A stretch of 64,000 nt of DNA from Eledone cirrhosa (GCA_964016885.1 OZ024748.1:56730001-56794000), one strand, 5' to 3'. Shown: positions 1 to 14,959, counted from the stretch's first letter. Notes: generated from the letters alone by a model not told the origin. Numbers and translations are program-made.

Positions 1-72
1 ATACTGTAAAGGGCCGTAACTCTATGCGTCAAAGCATGGCGTCCGACCCTCTACCGAGACTGTCAATCCACA
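1..72 (-). mobile_element. tRNA-derived SINE family A, 5' head fragment cut by the window edge
   Basis: Matches the reverse complement of the head of the full copy at 26278-26468 (aagggccgtaactctatgcgtcaaagcatggcgtccgaccctctaccga). Confidence 0.75.
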
Positions 73-97
73 GCAATAATCATAAACAGTCTCATGA

Positions 98-300
98 GAA
101 TGATTATGATGTTTATGTGGATGATGTTGAGGATGATGATGATGATGATGTAGATGTTATTGATGTTGATGATGACGGTTAAGGTGATGAGGATGATGAT
201 GATGATGATGAAAAAGATGAACATCGTTATCATCATCATCATCATTCTTGTCTGTCTTCGTCGTTGTTGCAAGCATCATCATCCTCATTATCATACGTTG
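98..300. repeat. Degenerate (GAT)n/(CAT)n trinucleotide repeat
   Basis: Runs of gatgatgat followed by catcatcat. Confidence 0.85.
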
Positions 301-529
301 AAACATGATGACCAAGCTGGTCAGACTCTGACGATGACCATCCTAACGATCATGAAATATTTGAAAAAGACAGAATATTTAGTGAGAAGCAGAGAGAGAG
401 AGAGAGAGGGGGGGGGGAGAAGAAGGAGAAGAGGACGAAGATATCATTGATTAACTTTCGTCAGTGATAATAAATGTAGACATTCATCTTTTCAAAAACA
501 ATCCAAGTATTGTAAAAAGACCTGCATTT

Positions 530-2237
<1,708 letters not shown>

Positions 2238-2859
2238 AGAGAGAAAAGGAGGATAGACAGATTATGACTTATAGATTTAGGAGTGAAAGTTAAGTGAATG
2301 GATGGGGAACATGAAATTGGTAGAATTTGTATTGATAGATATAAAACTGTGTGTGCTTTATGTGTATGTTGATGTATGTATGTTACCGTTACGTTAAACT
2401 AATAACTATGATATCTATATAAAATACTATTAACATATCTAAAGAGTATAATAGTTTATCGATAACAAATCACAAAGCAATGATGTGAAATGGAAACAGA
2501 TTTCGTCTCGGGAGTCAACGTTCTAAGAATTCAATTGTAGAGCTTCGTGAGGTCATGCTATATTGAAATGTCGCCTCAAAATGACCGTCGTATCATTCCT
2601 TTATTATATGTTATAATTCATCTAATATCTAACTTAGCAAGGTAGTCAAACATCTTTCCTTTTATAACATAATTTTGTCATACAATTCCCTATATTTTCC
2701 CACATAAATGTTTACAATTATAGATTAGAGGAAGCGTTGGATTGTCAGACAAAAATGTTTGCGATATTTCTTTCAGCACTTTACTCGCGAATTAAATCCC
2801 ATCCAGGTCAACTTTGTCTTTTTATTTTCTACAGTCTTTAAACAGAAGCATCAGTCAAA

Positions 2860-3045
2860 TAATAGTTTCTACATTTGGCACAAGGCCAGCAATTATTCCA
2901 GTGCATTACTGGTACTTTATTATATCGATCCCGTAAGGATGAAAGGCAAAGTTCACCTCGGCGGGATTTGAACTCAGACCGTAAACGGGTGTGACTCTAT
3001 GCTGCAAAGCATGGTGTCCAACCCTCTATCGATAATGCCAAATGG
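2860..3045 (-). mobile_element. tRNA-derived SINE family A
   Basis: ggcacaaggccagcaatt...ctggtactttatt...aaggatgaaaggcaaagtt...ggcgggatttgaactcag; B box GAGTTCAAATCC on the minus strand. Confidence 0.85.
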
Positions 3046-3331
3046 ATAACTCTCATTGATTAAGATCTCCCTTCAGTGTGGACATGCGATTCTACATCTT
3101 GGATTAAAACCTGTATTAGCGTTATTACAGTTTATTTATAGTTCATAATGAATCCCTTAGTATGACCGTCACGACGACTGAAAATAGTGCCGACTAATAT
3201 ATAAAGCTAAGAAACATGTCTTTGTTCATACGTATATGTCTGTGTTATATATGAGTGGTTGTACAGGGCTGCTGTGATAGAAATATATGGGCATCTTTCA
3301 TCTAGAAAATCCTTAAACCGAGCGCAGACAC

Positions 3332-3395
<64 letters not shown>

Positions 3396-3402
<7 letters not shown>

Positions 3403-3456
3403 AGATCAAAAGATGGTTAAAAGAGTTCCATGTAACCATCTTTTGATCTTATATAT
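3396..3456. repeat. Perfect hairpin at the edge of a (TA)n tract
   Basis: aagatcaaaagatggtta (3402-3419) pairs with taaccatcttttgatctt (3433-3450); 13-nt loop. Confidence 0.9.
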
Positions 3457-3754
3457 TATTTATACTCCAGTCCTACAAACTGTAGAGTGCTACTTATCCG
3501 ATATCTGCATTGCTTTATTGTACTACAATAAAACTCACCTCCTACACATATATATAAATATATATATATAATAAAAGTATGTATTCCTACATGTAAATAA
3601 TACACGTATGGGTACAAGTATTTTCCAACCGTATGCCAGTGTGGTTCAATGGCAAGTTAATAAATTAACAAGCCAGAACATAAAATCAAGGTCAAGCAAA
3701 TAGTGAAAAAGTTTTTAAATAAATTTCAAAAAATTCACTGTACTTACTATATGT

Positions 3755-3836
3755 GCCTTTACCGCGGTTTCCGATCCCAAAATAAATAGATAATCCAAGC
3801 GAATTTCTATTGAGAATGAGATCATCGTCAGAAGGC
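3755..3836 (-). ncRNA. Type I hammerhead ribozyme motif with extended stem II
   Basis: Minus strand: GCCUU-CUGACGA-UGAUCUCA...UGGGAUCG-GAAAC-CGCG-GUA-AAGGC. Stem I is 5 bp, stem III is the palindrome ACCGCGGU and the cleavage triplet is GUA. Confidence 0.8.
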
Positions 3837-3891
3837 TTTTCTCACTCGGAGTTCAAATCACAATCTTTCGCCACACAAATAAATAAATAAA

Positions 3892-3942
<51 letters not shown>

Positions 3943-4071
3943 GTACATACGTATGTATGTTTGCATGTAGAAATATTTGAGGGTGGTCACGTTGCCAATA
4001 AGAAGAAACACCCGCACTATGTAATTTTCACTTTAATTTTATCTACATTTTTCCTAATTCATTCATTTCTC

Positions 4072-4108
4072 AAAGGTCTTTCGTTGCGCATTCTGTGAAC
4101 TCATCAAT
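4072..4108 (-). ncRNA. Decayed hammerhead motif related to 5108-5150
   Basis: Minus strand: UUGAUGA-GUUCACAGAAUGCGCAAC-GAAAGACCUUUG, compared with CUGACGAUGUUGCAGAUGUGCAAC-GAAAGAACUUUG. Confidence 0.45.
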
Positions 4109-4463
4109 AACTATCTGCCTTGTGCCTTCTCATTTTTTCTATTCTTATACTTTTACTCCATCTTGTCTATGTTTAGAACATTGTTTTAAAAATAACTGAA
4201 AAGAAGATATCAAAAAGATTTTAAATGCTGAAGATGGTTTAAAATAGCTACGTTTGTCTGTCATCAATAGACAAAACTATGCAAACTTGTTTATCTCATA
4301 TGAACATGGCGACAGTTTATATGCATGGTGTGATACACAAGACAATGAGATTTAATTCCCAAACAATAAATTAGGCAAGTGTAGATTCCATTAACTATCT
4401 GTTATTAAATATTATTTCATGAATGCATTCTGAAGATACAAAATTGATATTAAGCGTTTGTAT

Positions 4464-4595
<132 letters not shown>

Positions 4596-4773
4596 ATGTA
4601 TATATATATTTACATACAAACACATACACACACACTCCTATATATATACATATATATATACATATATATTTACATACAAACAAAGACACACACACACTCC
4701 TATATATATATATATATATATATAATAAGGATAAGGAACAAGGATTCAGTGTTGCATCATAACATATTTAATA

Positions 4774-4863
4774 ACATATTACATATGTTTCACTAACGGT
4801 CAGCGCGAGACAAGATCTATTATAGATCAAACCAGACCCTGTAATCGAAAGTTCGTCATATGT
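4774..4863 (-). ncRNA. Damaged type I hammerhead motif (core CU missing)
   Basis: Minus strand: ACAUAU-[CU]GACGA-ACU...AGU-GAAAC-AUAU-GUA-AUAUGU. Stem I is 6 bp and stem III is the palindrome ACAUAUGU. Confidence 0.55.
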
Positions 4864-5107
4864 GCTTGGTATATGATCTCGTCTCCGATTCTGTGATGTA
4901 TATATATATATAGTTATACTTGGGGAGGGTCATATTGTTGTAATAATATTGCCAGAATTAATAACAGAACACACTCCCTGTTTGGTTGGTGTTCGCTTCT
5001 GTATCTTTTATATTAGTTAATTTATTCGGTCCTCAATATTTACCATTGACTGACGAACGGTCAAAAATTCAGATATAATAATAGACACAAACACATATAT
5101 ATAGTCT

Positions 5108-5150
5108 AACAAAGTTCTTTCGTTGCACATCTGCAACATCGTCAGTGGTG
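5108..5150 (-). ncRNA. Minimal hammerhead motif in the Penelope 3' UTR
   Basis: Minus strand: CUGACGA-U-GUUGCA-GAUG-UGCAAC-GAAAG-AA-CUU. Stem II is a perfect 6 bp; stem I is weak. Confidence 0.65.
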
Positions 5151-5414
5151 CTATTATGTTTCCTCCTGTTGTAGTGTATGTCTACGCCATCTTTATTTAA
5201 TTTGTTTATTTATATTTTTTGTCTTCTCTGCGCATGCATTTGCGTGTGTGTATAGTGTTTGGTGTGTGTTCGTGTTTGGCTGAATGTGTTTTGGTTATTA
5301 TATTCTATCTTAGTTTACTAGTGTGTGTTTATATGTTTGTTGTTATTGTGCTTGTGTATATATTTATTTATTTATTTATATTTCTCTTAGTTCAGTATTC
5401 TTTGTTTGGGTGTT

Positions 5415-6330
5415 GTTGTTATTCCATTCATTTTTTTCTGTTTAGCTTTGGCCCTCTAAATTCTATTTCGCTGGCCTCACTGATTTGCCTATCTGCTGGG
5501 CTATTTCTATGTTTAGATATTATTTTAATTTCTATGTTGTCTATTTTCCGTCATGTTGTTGTCTGGTGTGTTCGTATAGTACTGAACCGTATTTTCGTCC
5601 TTTGAGTTCCCCCCAGTGTTGGTGTATCCTTTCACCTATGCTATGATCTGTCTCACCTTTGTATGTTGTTGTCATGTTTCTGCAAGTACCCTCTGTACAT
5701 CTGATGCTATAGACTACGTTTCTAGTTTTACAGTTTTTCCGGGGGTTCACTTTACATATAATACATTTCCTATTAGTACAGTGGGTTTTCTTAAACGGGT
5801 AGATTTTGCTGATCAGGGATTTTATGGTGGTTCCTGGCTTTTCTACCACCTTTATTTTTAAGTGGGTCTTTCTCAGGGCCTTTCTACACTGGTTAGCTAA
5901 TTTCCCTCCAGCGGTAGCGTCCACGAACATGACACTCTGGTATCTCTGGTTGTCGTACCATGAGGTGGCTTTCCCTATCTTATGTTTAGTCCTATCTAAG
6001 CTATTCCATGATTTTCTCCTGTATAATGTGCAAATTCCTTTCATGTCCAGTTCTATGAGGGTCTTATACTTCTCCGTGGCTCCTTCGTATACTCTGATTC
6101 TGTCTCTTTGGTTGTAGCCAGCGAACTGCATGCGATTGATGAAGTGTTGGATGTCTCTTTCCATTTCTGTTAGGTCGCACAGGTGGGACACGTTCTTCAT
6201 CACTCGTACCAAGTCTGCGATCAGAATATTAAACTTAGCACTGCTGGACATTGCTGAGTTTTTGAGTATCAGGTATTTGGAGTCCATGGGTTTAGCGTAG
6301 TGTGAGTGGAGAATTTGAGCCCTTTCGTCT
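5415..6330 (-). pseudogene. Penelope-like ORF fragment: RT C-terminal region, Cys-rich linker and GIY-YIG endonuclease
   Basis: HYAKPMDSKYL...ADLVRVMKN; CTNRKCIIC; NVVYSIRC...YKGET..SIGERIHQH. After a frameshift near 5545 it continues RQISEA..I...PKLNRK. Confidence 0.85.
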
Positions 6331-6540
6331 TTGGTCAGTCAATGGTAAACATTGAGGACCGAATAAATTAACTGATATAAAAGATACAGAAGCGAAAACC
6401 AACCAAAAAGTGAGTGTGTTCTGTTATTAATTCTGACAATATTATTACAACAATATGACCCTCCCCAAATATAACAATATTTGTTTCGACACACGATTTC
6501 ATATCAAAAACCTCGCAAAACAAATTTATATATATATATG

Positions 6541-6570
<30 letters not shown>

Positions 6571-6573
<3 letters not shown>

Positions 6574-6644
6574 CGCACAAGGATTTGTAGATAATGGTGG
6601 TGTATATATATATACCACCATTATCTACAAATCCTTGTGCGCTT
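6571..6644. repeat. Perfect 31-bp inverted repeat with a short TA spacer
   Basis: aagcgcacaaggatttgtagataatggtggt (6571-6601) pairs with accaccattatctacaaatccttgtgcgctt (6614-6644). Confidence 0.95.
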
Positions 6645-7190
6645 CCTCCAGCGCGGCAGAGGTTAATTTCTTACTGACATTGGGGTCCTTGACCAGTTAA
6701 TGATTACCAGTATGGACGTCATACTGTTATCGACGGAATTGCGCTGGGCAGGGCAGATATTGCGGATTGAGAATCATTGCTGATACAAGATTAGAATTAA
6801 TGAATTCTCCTCTGCCCATCATAACAGAACGTCCCAGAGTAAATATATAAGTATTCTCTAGAACATTCCCGCTAAGTGTAACATGTTTTCCGCCGCCAAA
6901 TACTTGATGATGCTTCTTGTCATACGATCGGGTCAAGCAGCATCCACAAATCTTTTTCCCACGCCGATAATTCTCGCAAGCGCTATCGTGCCCGGAATGG
7001 ATATTCCAGATATGGCCTCTGCGGCAAGATGTGGATGTATTATACTGGTATCATCATATACTAGTGAGTCTGCAATAGATATGAGCAGATGCCTTCATAT
7101 CATAAAAATTCGGTAGCGAAGTAAAATGCTCAGGACATTTTTACCACTAATATATGAAACCATATAATATGAATTATTTGGATTCAATTA

Positions 7191-7249
7191 GAATCTGAAG
7201 AATGAAATTTATTTAATTCCTGGTTCGTCTAGTGAAACGGTCGTAATTT
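7191..7249 (+). ncRNA. Type I hammerhead motif, core intact, stem II damaged
   Basis: GAAU-CUGAAGA-AUGAA...UUCGU-CUAGU-GAAAC-GGUC-GUA-AUUU. Confidence 0.55.
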
Positions 7250-7254
7250 GTTAA

Positions 7255-7374
<120 letters not shown>

Positions 7375-8541
7375 TATTTATATATGTATAAGTGTGTTTC
7401 AGTGAATGTGTGTGTGTCTTTACGTACGATTAAAAAACCTGCAAGTGTCAAATTTATATTGTTCTTCCTCCAACCATAGATAGAGAAATTCATGCTGTGT
7501 ATGTAAATATATGTGGTTTGTATTCAGTCTACTTTCATCATCTTTAATAATGAAATATGGCAAATCATACTTATGTATATAGCATCAGCCATTTTAAATT
7601 TCTATTTCCCTGTCCTCATTTTGTTTATGTTGTTGATTTAGATTTTATAATTTCATACCGAACATTATTTTTCTTACCAAATATAATTTCTCAACATGTC
7701 AATTTTCTTGTCGTTTAAAACATATCTCCCCTCTCGCCCTCACCCTTATACACATCTACACAAACACATTCGTTTCCTCTCATTCTAACTTTCACTGCAC
7801 CTAGTCTTTTTTTAAAAATAATATACATATATATAAATATATATATGGAGGTAGTTATAGTTCAGTTGAAGCATTGTGTAATGAGGTATAAACGTTTGTA
7901 TATGTATAATAAAGCCAAAACAATGCAGTGGAATGCAAATGCAAAATATATTGTTTTACCTTAGATTTATTTAAATGTCCTTAATTTTCGAGATAATATC
8001 TCTTCTAAATAATGTTCTAAATAGCTTGCCAAGTCATGCTGATAGGAAATGGTATCGAGTATCTGTTCTATCTCTAATGTCAAAGGGTTAAGGTTAGGGG
8101 GATAAAGAGTAGTCTCCCTTTAAAAAGGTTTTTTTTTGTACATGCCTGTTTAAGTGTGTGGGAGAATGCGTGAATGTGTAAGTATGTGGGTGTCTGTATG
8201 TGAGTGTGAGAAGATATGTCTATACGTAAATGTTAGACAAATCTTTGGATTTCAAATCCACCCGATGTCGACTTAGACATTAATGTTTTGAGGTCCAACG
8301 AATTGCAATTTAAGACGGTAGAGTGACGGAATTATTAGTGTCTGAAGCATTATGCTTTACACAAATTACACTGACACTAACACTGCCAGGAAAATTATGT
8401 TGGCAATTGCTTTCCCGTTCCGTAATATTCAAGGAAAGTGTGTCTAGACTTGCAAGCATGAGTATATGATGTGATCCGGTGTGTCTAAGATCAAGTTGCA
8501 AATTCAGACACGTTGTATCCACACACAAACAAACACTACAC

Positions 8542-8573
<32 letters not shown>

Positions 8574-8628
8574 CATTCATTTACATATATAAATACATAT
8601 ATACAATATATATATATATATATATACA

Positions 8629-8707
<79 letters not shown>

Positions 8708-8739
8708 GTGTGTATGTGTGTATATATATATATATATAT

Positions 8740-9112
8740 TCTAGGAGAAGGAAAACTCTGATATAACACCTGCAACTCTGATGGTATCCAATGATGTTGA
8801 CTTGTTCTTCATTTTGGTAAATATCATCTTGGTTAAGAGAGTGGGACTGGCTTTGTGCAGTGCCTTTGCTCACTATAAAAGCTTCACGGCACAGGCATTG
8901 CTTTATATCTGGAGATCTCTCTGCACTTGTCGTCACATGGTACCATGAACCCAGCACTATGTGTCAATCATTGTCACAAGTGTAGTGTTTGTACCAGAGT
9001 TTTCAAGTCACTGGCTGGACTAAAAAGTCACACTCGTTCAGCGCATCGGTAGGGGTTCTCCTATATGGACATAAAGTAGTGGCCATACTCGAAAACTCGT
9101 TGGCAGCCACCA
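8740..9112 (+). mobile_element. Shorter copy of a tandemly repeated retroposon-like element
   Basis: About 370 bp highly similar to 9417-9789. Starts next to a (TA)n tract and ends ggcagccacca followed by (TATG)n. Confidence 0.65.
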
Positions 9113-9154
9113 TGTATGTGTGTATGTATGTATGTATGTATGTATGTATGTATG

Positions 9155-9183
<29 letters not shown>

Positions 9184-9185
<2 letters not shown>

Positions 9186-9789
9186 GGTCACCAGTTGGTG
9201 CTACTGGTAACATGTATCCCAGTACAACCTGTCTCATGGTCGCGTCGTTGGCAACTAAACTGGCAACCCCACCAAGGTTTCTTGGTGAGGAGGGTGACTT
9301 GGACATCCTGCAGGACTAAAAACAAAACCAGTCAAAGGGCAAAGGAACTCTTAAGAGTCAATGACCATCCAAAATCATCGGGAGAGATGACCCCTTAGCC
9401 TTTGTCTAGGCAGAATTCTAGAAGAAGGAAAACTCTGATATAACACCTGAAACCCTGATGGTATCCAATGATGTTGACTTGTTCTTCTTTTTGGTAAATA
9501 TCATCGTGGTTAAGAGAGTGGGACTGGCTTTGTGCAGTGCCTTTGCTCACTATAAAAGCTTCACGGCACAGGCATTGCTTTATATCTGGAAATCTCTCTG
9601 CACTTGTCGTCACATGGTACCATGGGCCCAGCACTGTGTGTCAATCATTGTCACAAGTGTAGTGTTTGTACCAGAGTTTTCAAGTCGCTGGCTGGACTAA
9701 AAAGTCACACTCGTTCAGCGCATCGGTAAGGGTTCTCCTACATGGATATAAAGTATTGGCTGTACTCGAAAACGAGTTGGCAGCCACCA
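9184..9789 (+). mobile_element. Longer copy of the same element
   Basis: Shares 370 bp with 8740-9112 plus about 230 bp of extra 5' sequence. The ctagRagaaggaaaactctga motif resembles RTE-clade 5' UTRs as recalled, not searched. Confidence 0.6.
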
Positions 9790-10845
9790 TATATCTATAT
9801 ATATATAGTACGCACATGCGCACATAGAGACACGCATACAACAATAGATAGACATACATATGTATATGTGAAAGTACGTGTATGTGCGTACACCATCCTA
9901 TTCACAAAACTATTTACAAGAGAGCGCGAGAGAGAGTGAGAGAGTGTGTGTGCGTGTGTGTGTGTGTGTGCGTGTGTTTATGTGTGTGTTGAGCAGTTTA
10001 ATATTAACAATGAAACAGACAGATTGACGCACAGTCTAATAATTTACCGGGTGTTAGAGACAGAAAATACGATCTACCTCCCACACCGAGCCCAAACCAT
10101 GCTAGCCACGCCTTCAACACCGAAATATAAGTAAAGCTAAAAAATCCTAAATACTGAGTGTAAAGTTCAAAGTAACTTCATTAAGATCAAGGCAAGAAAC
10201 GTTTATAGTTCAAAGTCGAAACCTAACGAAGGTTGCTGAAGGAAGGGGGTGACTTGAATGGATGGGAAGAGGGGAGGAAATGAAGGGGAGGATGTTTAGA
10301 GGAGAATGTTGGGAAGAGGAGACCAGTTGTGTCGTAGGGGGAAACTAGAGAAAAAAAAATTGTATCCGTGATAGAAATTGAATAGTGGAATAGAGAGACA
10401 GAGAGAGAGAGAGAGAAAGCGAGAGATAGAGAGAGACAGACAGAGAGACAGAGCGAGAGAGAGAGAGAGAAAGAGCGGTGGTGAGAGATGGTAATGTGTG
10501 AAAGAGTCTGTTACAAAGCGGGAGCATAACAGATGTACAAAACTGACTGATAGATACAGACAGAATGGGTGAGAGAGAATGTGTGAGACACAGACAGACT
10601 GACAGACAATCAGACAGTGTGTGTACGTGCATCTGCTTGCGTATGTGTATGTCAGCTAAAAGAAACAACACAGGGAGACAGTGAGGTAGAGAAAGAAAGA
10701 CAGATCAGTGAGAAGAGGATAGCTGGAGAGGAGGCAACAGATATACTTGAGGCCTAGTGATAAAATAAAACATGGGTATGTTAGTGTTTGAGTGTACATG
10801 AGAGTGCTTATGGGTGAGAGAGAGAGAGAGAGAAAGACAGCGAAA

Positions 10846-10932
<87 letters not shown>

Positions 10933-11493
10933 TAAAAGTACTAAAGAAACAACATGGAAGAACATTTGATGGAGAAATAAATAACTTAACGAACGAGATA
11001 TACACATATTCAAAACCACTTACATGTATGCATACACTCATATATGCACGCAATTACATACAAACACATACGGATATATATATATGTATATCCGTGTGTG
11101 TGTGTATGTAATTGTGTGTTTGTGTGTCTATGTGTGTGTCTGTTTTCTTTCAGAGAGCGATGGTAGAGACAAGCACTAAAAAAAGAAAGATAACTAAAGA
11201 AGTTAGTCGGAGAGAAACGCAAAGCTTAATGAGAAATGAAAGAATGTATATAAAATGATAAAAATGGAGCAAAATGTATATTTGCCAGAAATCAGAAGTT
11301 GCTAAAGAAACGAAAGAAACTTTAAGTGAGAGGAAACAGACAGAGAAAAGGAGATAGAAAGAAACGGAGGGTGATGAAATATATATGAAATATTGAATGT
11401 GATTAAAATATATCAATGAAGTTTTGTGTAACGGAGAGAATATTCCAGTCAACACGGTTCTAGGCCACCAGAGTTTGATAACTTGGAATACTG

Positions 11494-11628
<135 letters not shown>

Positions 11629-12817
11629 TTCTCTCTCTATCTCTCTCTTACACATCATAGTTTGTCCTGGTAACAAAGTTGATGACATGGACTAATTGGT
11701 TTATATGGTTTGAAGTAGGACATCATTTTGAACCGTTAACTGAAATGTGAGACCTGCAACTACTTTGTGGTGACATCTAATATAAATAAAATTGTGTGCA
11801 GTGGGGTTGGTGGTAGAAGTACTGTAGTAGTGATAAAGTCTAGGAAGGTTATATTTAATACGGCTGTGTTGTAGGAATCGGGTTTAGTTACTTGTAAAAC
11901 TGAGTGTGCATGATAGGTCCTACGGTACTTTATTCAGACAGAAATACCCTTTGATTCGATAGATCTCTTATTTTCTCTGTTTTCGTACATAATGTTTCTT
12001 GGACTATAATATAGAATATGTCCTTTATATCTAAAATAAAATAAACTAAGATTTCAGGAAATGTAGCTGCTATTATCAGCAGAACGGATTGTATGTCGGA
12101 ACACTTTGGTGTATGATATGATGTGGTGGAGACTGATTCGTGTTGCTTTTTGTTATTCCTTTTTCCTTTACCTGCTTATGTTTCTAGTCGTCTTTCTAAA
12201 GGAAAACATATTCTAACAACAACAATATTGTCATCTTTCCTGTATAAATATCTTGTCTCTAGAATTATATTATCTAGTGTGACTTTTAGTTGGAAAAGTG
12301 GGATTTTAAGGTGAATTGTTTGCTATTTCTTCGCAGATTCAGCAGTTATCTTGGATTTCCCAGTTTTAACACTTTGTGTGGATTGTGGTCGACAGTGTTT
12401 ATATAAATTGATGTTAGACGTGGTGTCAGTTGTAGTGGCGGTGATAGTCTTTGCAATAATTATGGCAGAAAAGTGAAGAGTTTTTGGTAGTGTTATTGTC
12501 TGGTTTTCAATGTTTCTGTTGAATTATCAGCATCCATGTGGTCGTGTTTTAATCTGTGGACGTCTTCAAATTTGGTCTTTCAAATGTGGAGGTCTTCAAA
12601 TTTTTCAACGCATTCGCATAGGCATACACTCAGCCACACACACACTCATGGTCATACACAAATTCACACATACAAAAACATACATGCATACCCATATATA
12701 AAAAAATAAACTCACACAGACACACTCACAGACATACACAGAGCCACACATACAAGACCATACAAGGACAAGCACACACAAACATACCCATATATAAAGG
12801 CATACATACACAAACAG

Positions 12818-12959
<142 letters not shown>

Positions 12960-13028
12960 GTATATAAAAGCAAAATGAATAAATGAGGCAGTTACAGTTC
13001 GTTTAAAGAAACTTTTACTTCTTACCCT

Positions 13029-13086
<58 letters not shown>

Positions 13087-13514
13087 CATTTCAATACAGT
13101 GGTGTGGGGATAGAGGTGTTGTCACTATTGCTGTTTCTGTAATAAGACAAAGATATCGTGGGTATTGATACCAGTATTACATTTGTTTAGTGAGCACCTC
13201 TTATATTATTCAGCACCAGTTGTAAAATAAATCATACCAAAATACCATTCAGCATGAGAATTAAATATTTATTTGAAAACATATTTATGTGGTTAAAACA
13301 TATATACGTCTGTTTGAAGACATATTTTCTAATGTTCTCCTGTCGTGTTATATATATATATATCCTAGATAACATGATATTCATACCTTCCGGTGTGAAT
13401 TCCACAACACGTATGTCTCGCCTTTTGTTTAGGTATATGACGTGTAAGCGTATAAGACGAACTGTTATTTTAGAGAAAATCTATGTCAAAAGAAAAATAT
13501 CCATGTTGTTATTA

Positions 13515-14085
13515 CCTCTTTCCATTCTAGGGAGATAGATTCCTGATCTGGGACGCCACCTGCTGCGACACGTTCTCCCCCTCCAACTTAGTCGCTCTGA
13601 CCACAAACCCGGGCATCGCAGCCCACCTCGCAGAAGAACGTAAAATAAACAAAATATCGGGGTTGTCCGGCCGCTTTCTCTTCGCACTGGTCACCGTCGA
13701 GACATCAGGCGTACTCGGACTCCCTGCACTGCCGAGCTCCTGCGCAAGACCGGAGCGTCGGGCCGTCTGAGAAAGGAGCCCCGCGAGTTTGGGTGGCCGT
13801 TGCAGCTGGTTTCACTGGCCATCTTCCGGGAGAATGCTTTTACTGTCTTGTCAGCGGATGCAGTACGTCTGCCCCCTTGCCCTAGGTCCCAAACCCAATC
13901 ACCCTCCCCTCTCTTCTGCGACACTAGAACTCTTGCCATCCTCTCCCCTTCCCATTCTTTTTCTTCTTTTTCTCTCTCTTTTATTTCTCTATATTTCCCT
14001 ATTCATTCTTTCCTTGTTTCTCCCTTTTTGATGTTTTAATTTTTTATTTTAAAAATAAACATCAATTGAAGGTTAAAAAAAATAT
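13515..14085 (+). mobile_element. 3' end of a CRE-like non-LTR retrotransposon (restriction-like endonuclease), degraded
   Basis: Frameshifted translation LIWDATCCDTF...GIAAHLAEERKINK.Y...VETSGVLG...EPRE..W.LQLVSLAIFRENAFTVL; AATAAA and an A-run follow near 14053-14082. Confidence 0.75.
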
Positions 14086-14959
14086 AGTCATTACAATCAA
14101 TTCCAGTACACGTTTTTATCTAAACACTTCTTCTTCTTCTTGTGTGTGTGCGTTTGGGATCAGCCATGAAAGGAAGATGTCTCCGTTAGCCAGGTCTGAC
14201 CATAGATCAGCATCTTCAACATGTATCACTAGGATGTAGCTTAAGGAATTGTTTGCCTTTTTGCCTCCTACAACTGGTAACCGTGACACCCCGCACAAGC
14301 CTTCTCTCTTTAAACCATCACATTAGCCTCAGTATCTTTTCAATTGGACTTGATCGTAAAATCTGGAACAAATGCCGCAAGCCACTTCATCAAATGCATG
14401 AGAAATTCTAAAGATGTATAACACTGAACATTTACTTGATTTCATTGACACCAAAAATGGTGAAAATTAAAATCGATCTCTGTGATATCTGAACTTAGAT
14501 TATGAGGAGTTGGATGAGATAGTGTAAACAAATTTTGTCCGATTCATTATCAATTTCTGCCATTCCATTTCCTTGTGGTTATAATTGATCGCAAGACATG
14601 TATTGAAATGATAAGTCATTATCAGTAATGTATGCTTTTATACTTTTACTGTTTTCAGCCATTAGATTGTGACATTGAAAGGGCACGTCTGTGAAGGGAT
14701 CACGTTGGCCAAATCTATTTCTGAAATTTGGATCAGGTCAGTCTTTGCTTTATCGATTTCTGTCTCCCACACAGTAGTTCCCGCCTGCAAAATTTCACTC
14801 CGCAAACATTTGTCAAACGGAGAATTTAGTGAAAGATACTTAACTAAGATGCCCTCCAGTTGGATTGAACTCTAGTCAATGCAGGTGCCAAACATACTCT
14901 TAACAACGCAGGCAATCTTGCACTTATGGGTAGTGATTACTGTATATGTATAATATAAT

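Larger units (their letters stand above)
4913..6475 (-). mobile_element. 5'-truncated Penelope-like retroelement with an inverted 142-bp terminal duplication
   Basis: GIY-YIG ORF, hammerhead motif in the 3' UTR, and 4913-5054 is the reverse complement of 6334-6475 (about 7 substitutions). Confidence 0.85.

Noticed and set aside
325-365. CTGACGA...GAAATATTT hammerhead-like string
   Set aside because: No stem I and it lies in GAT-rich low-complexity sequence; probably chance.
11650-12620. Possible host exon in unique sequence
   Set aside because: No convincing open frame or recognisable domain; small exons anywhere in the window cannot be excluded without transcript data.
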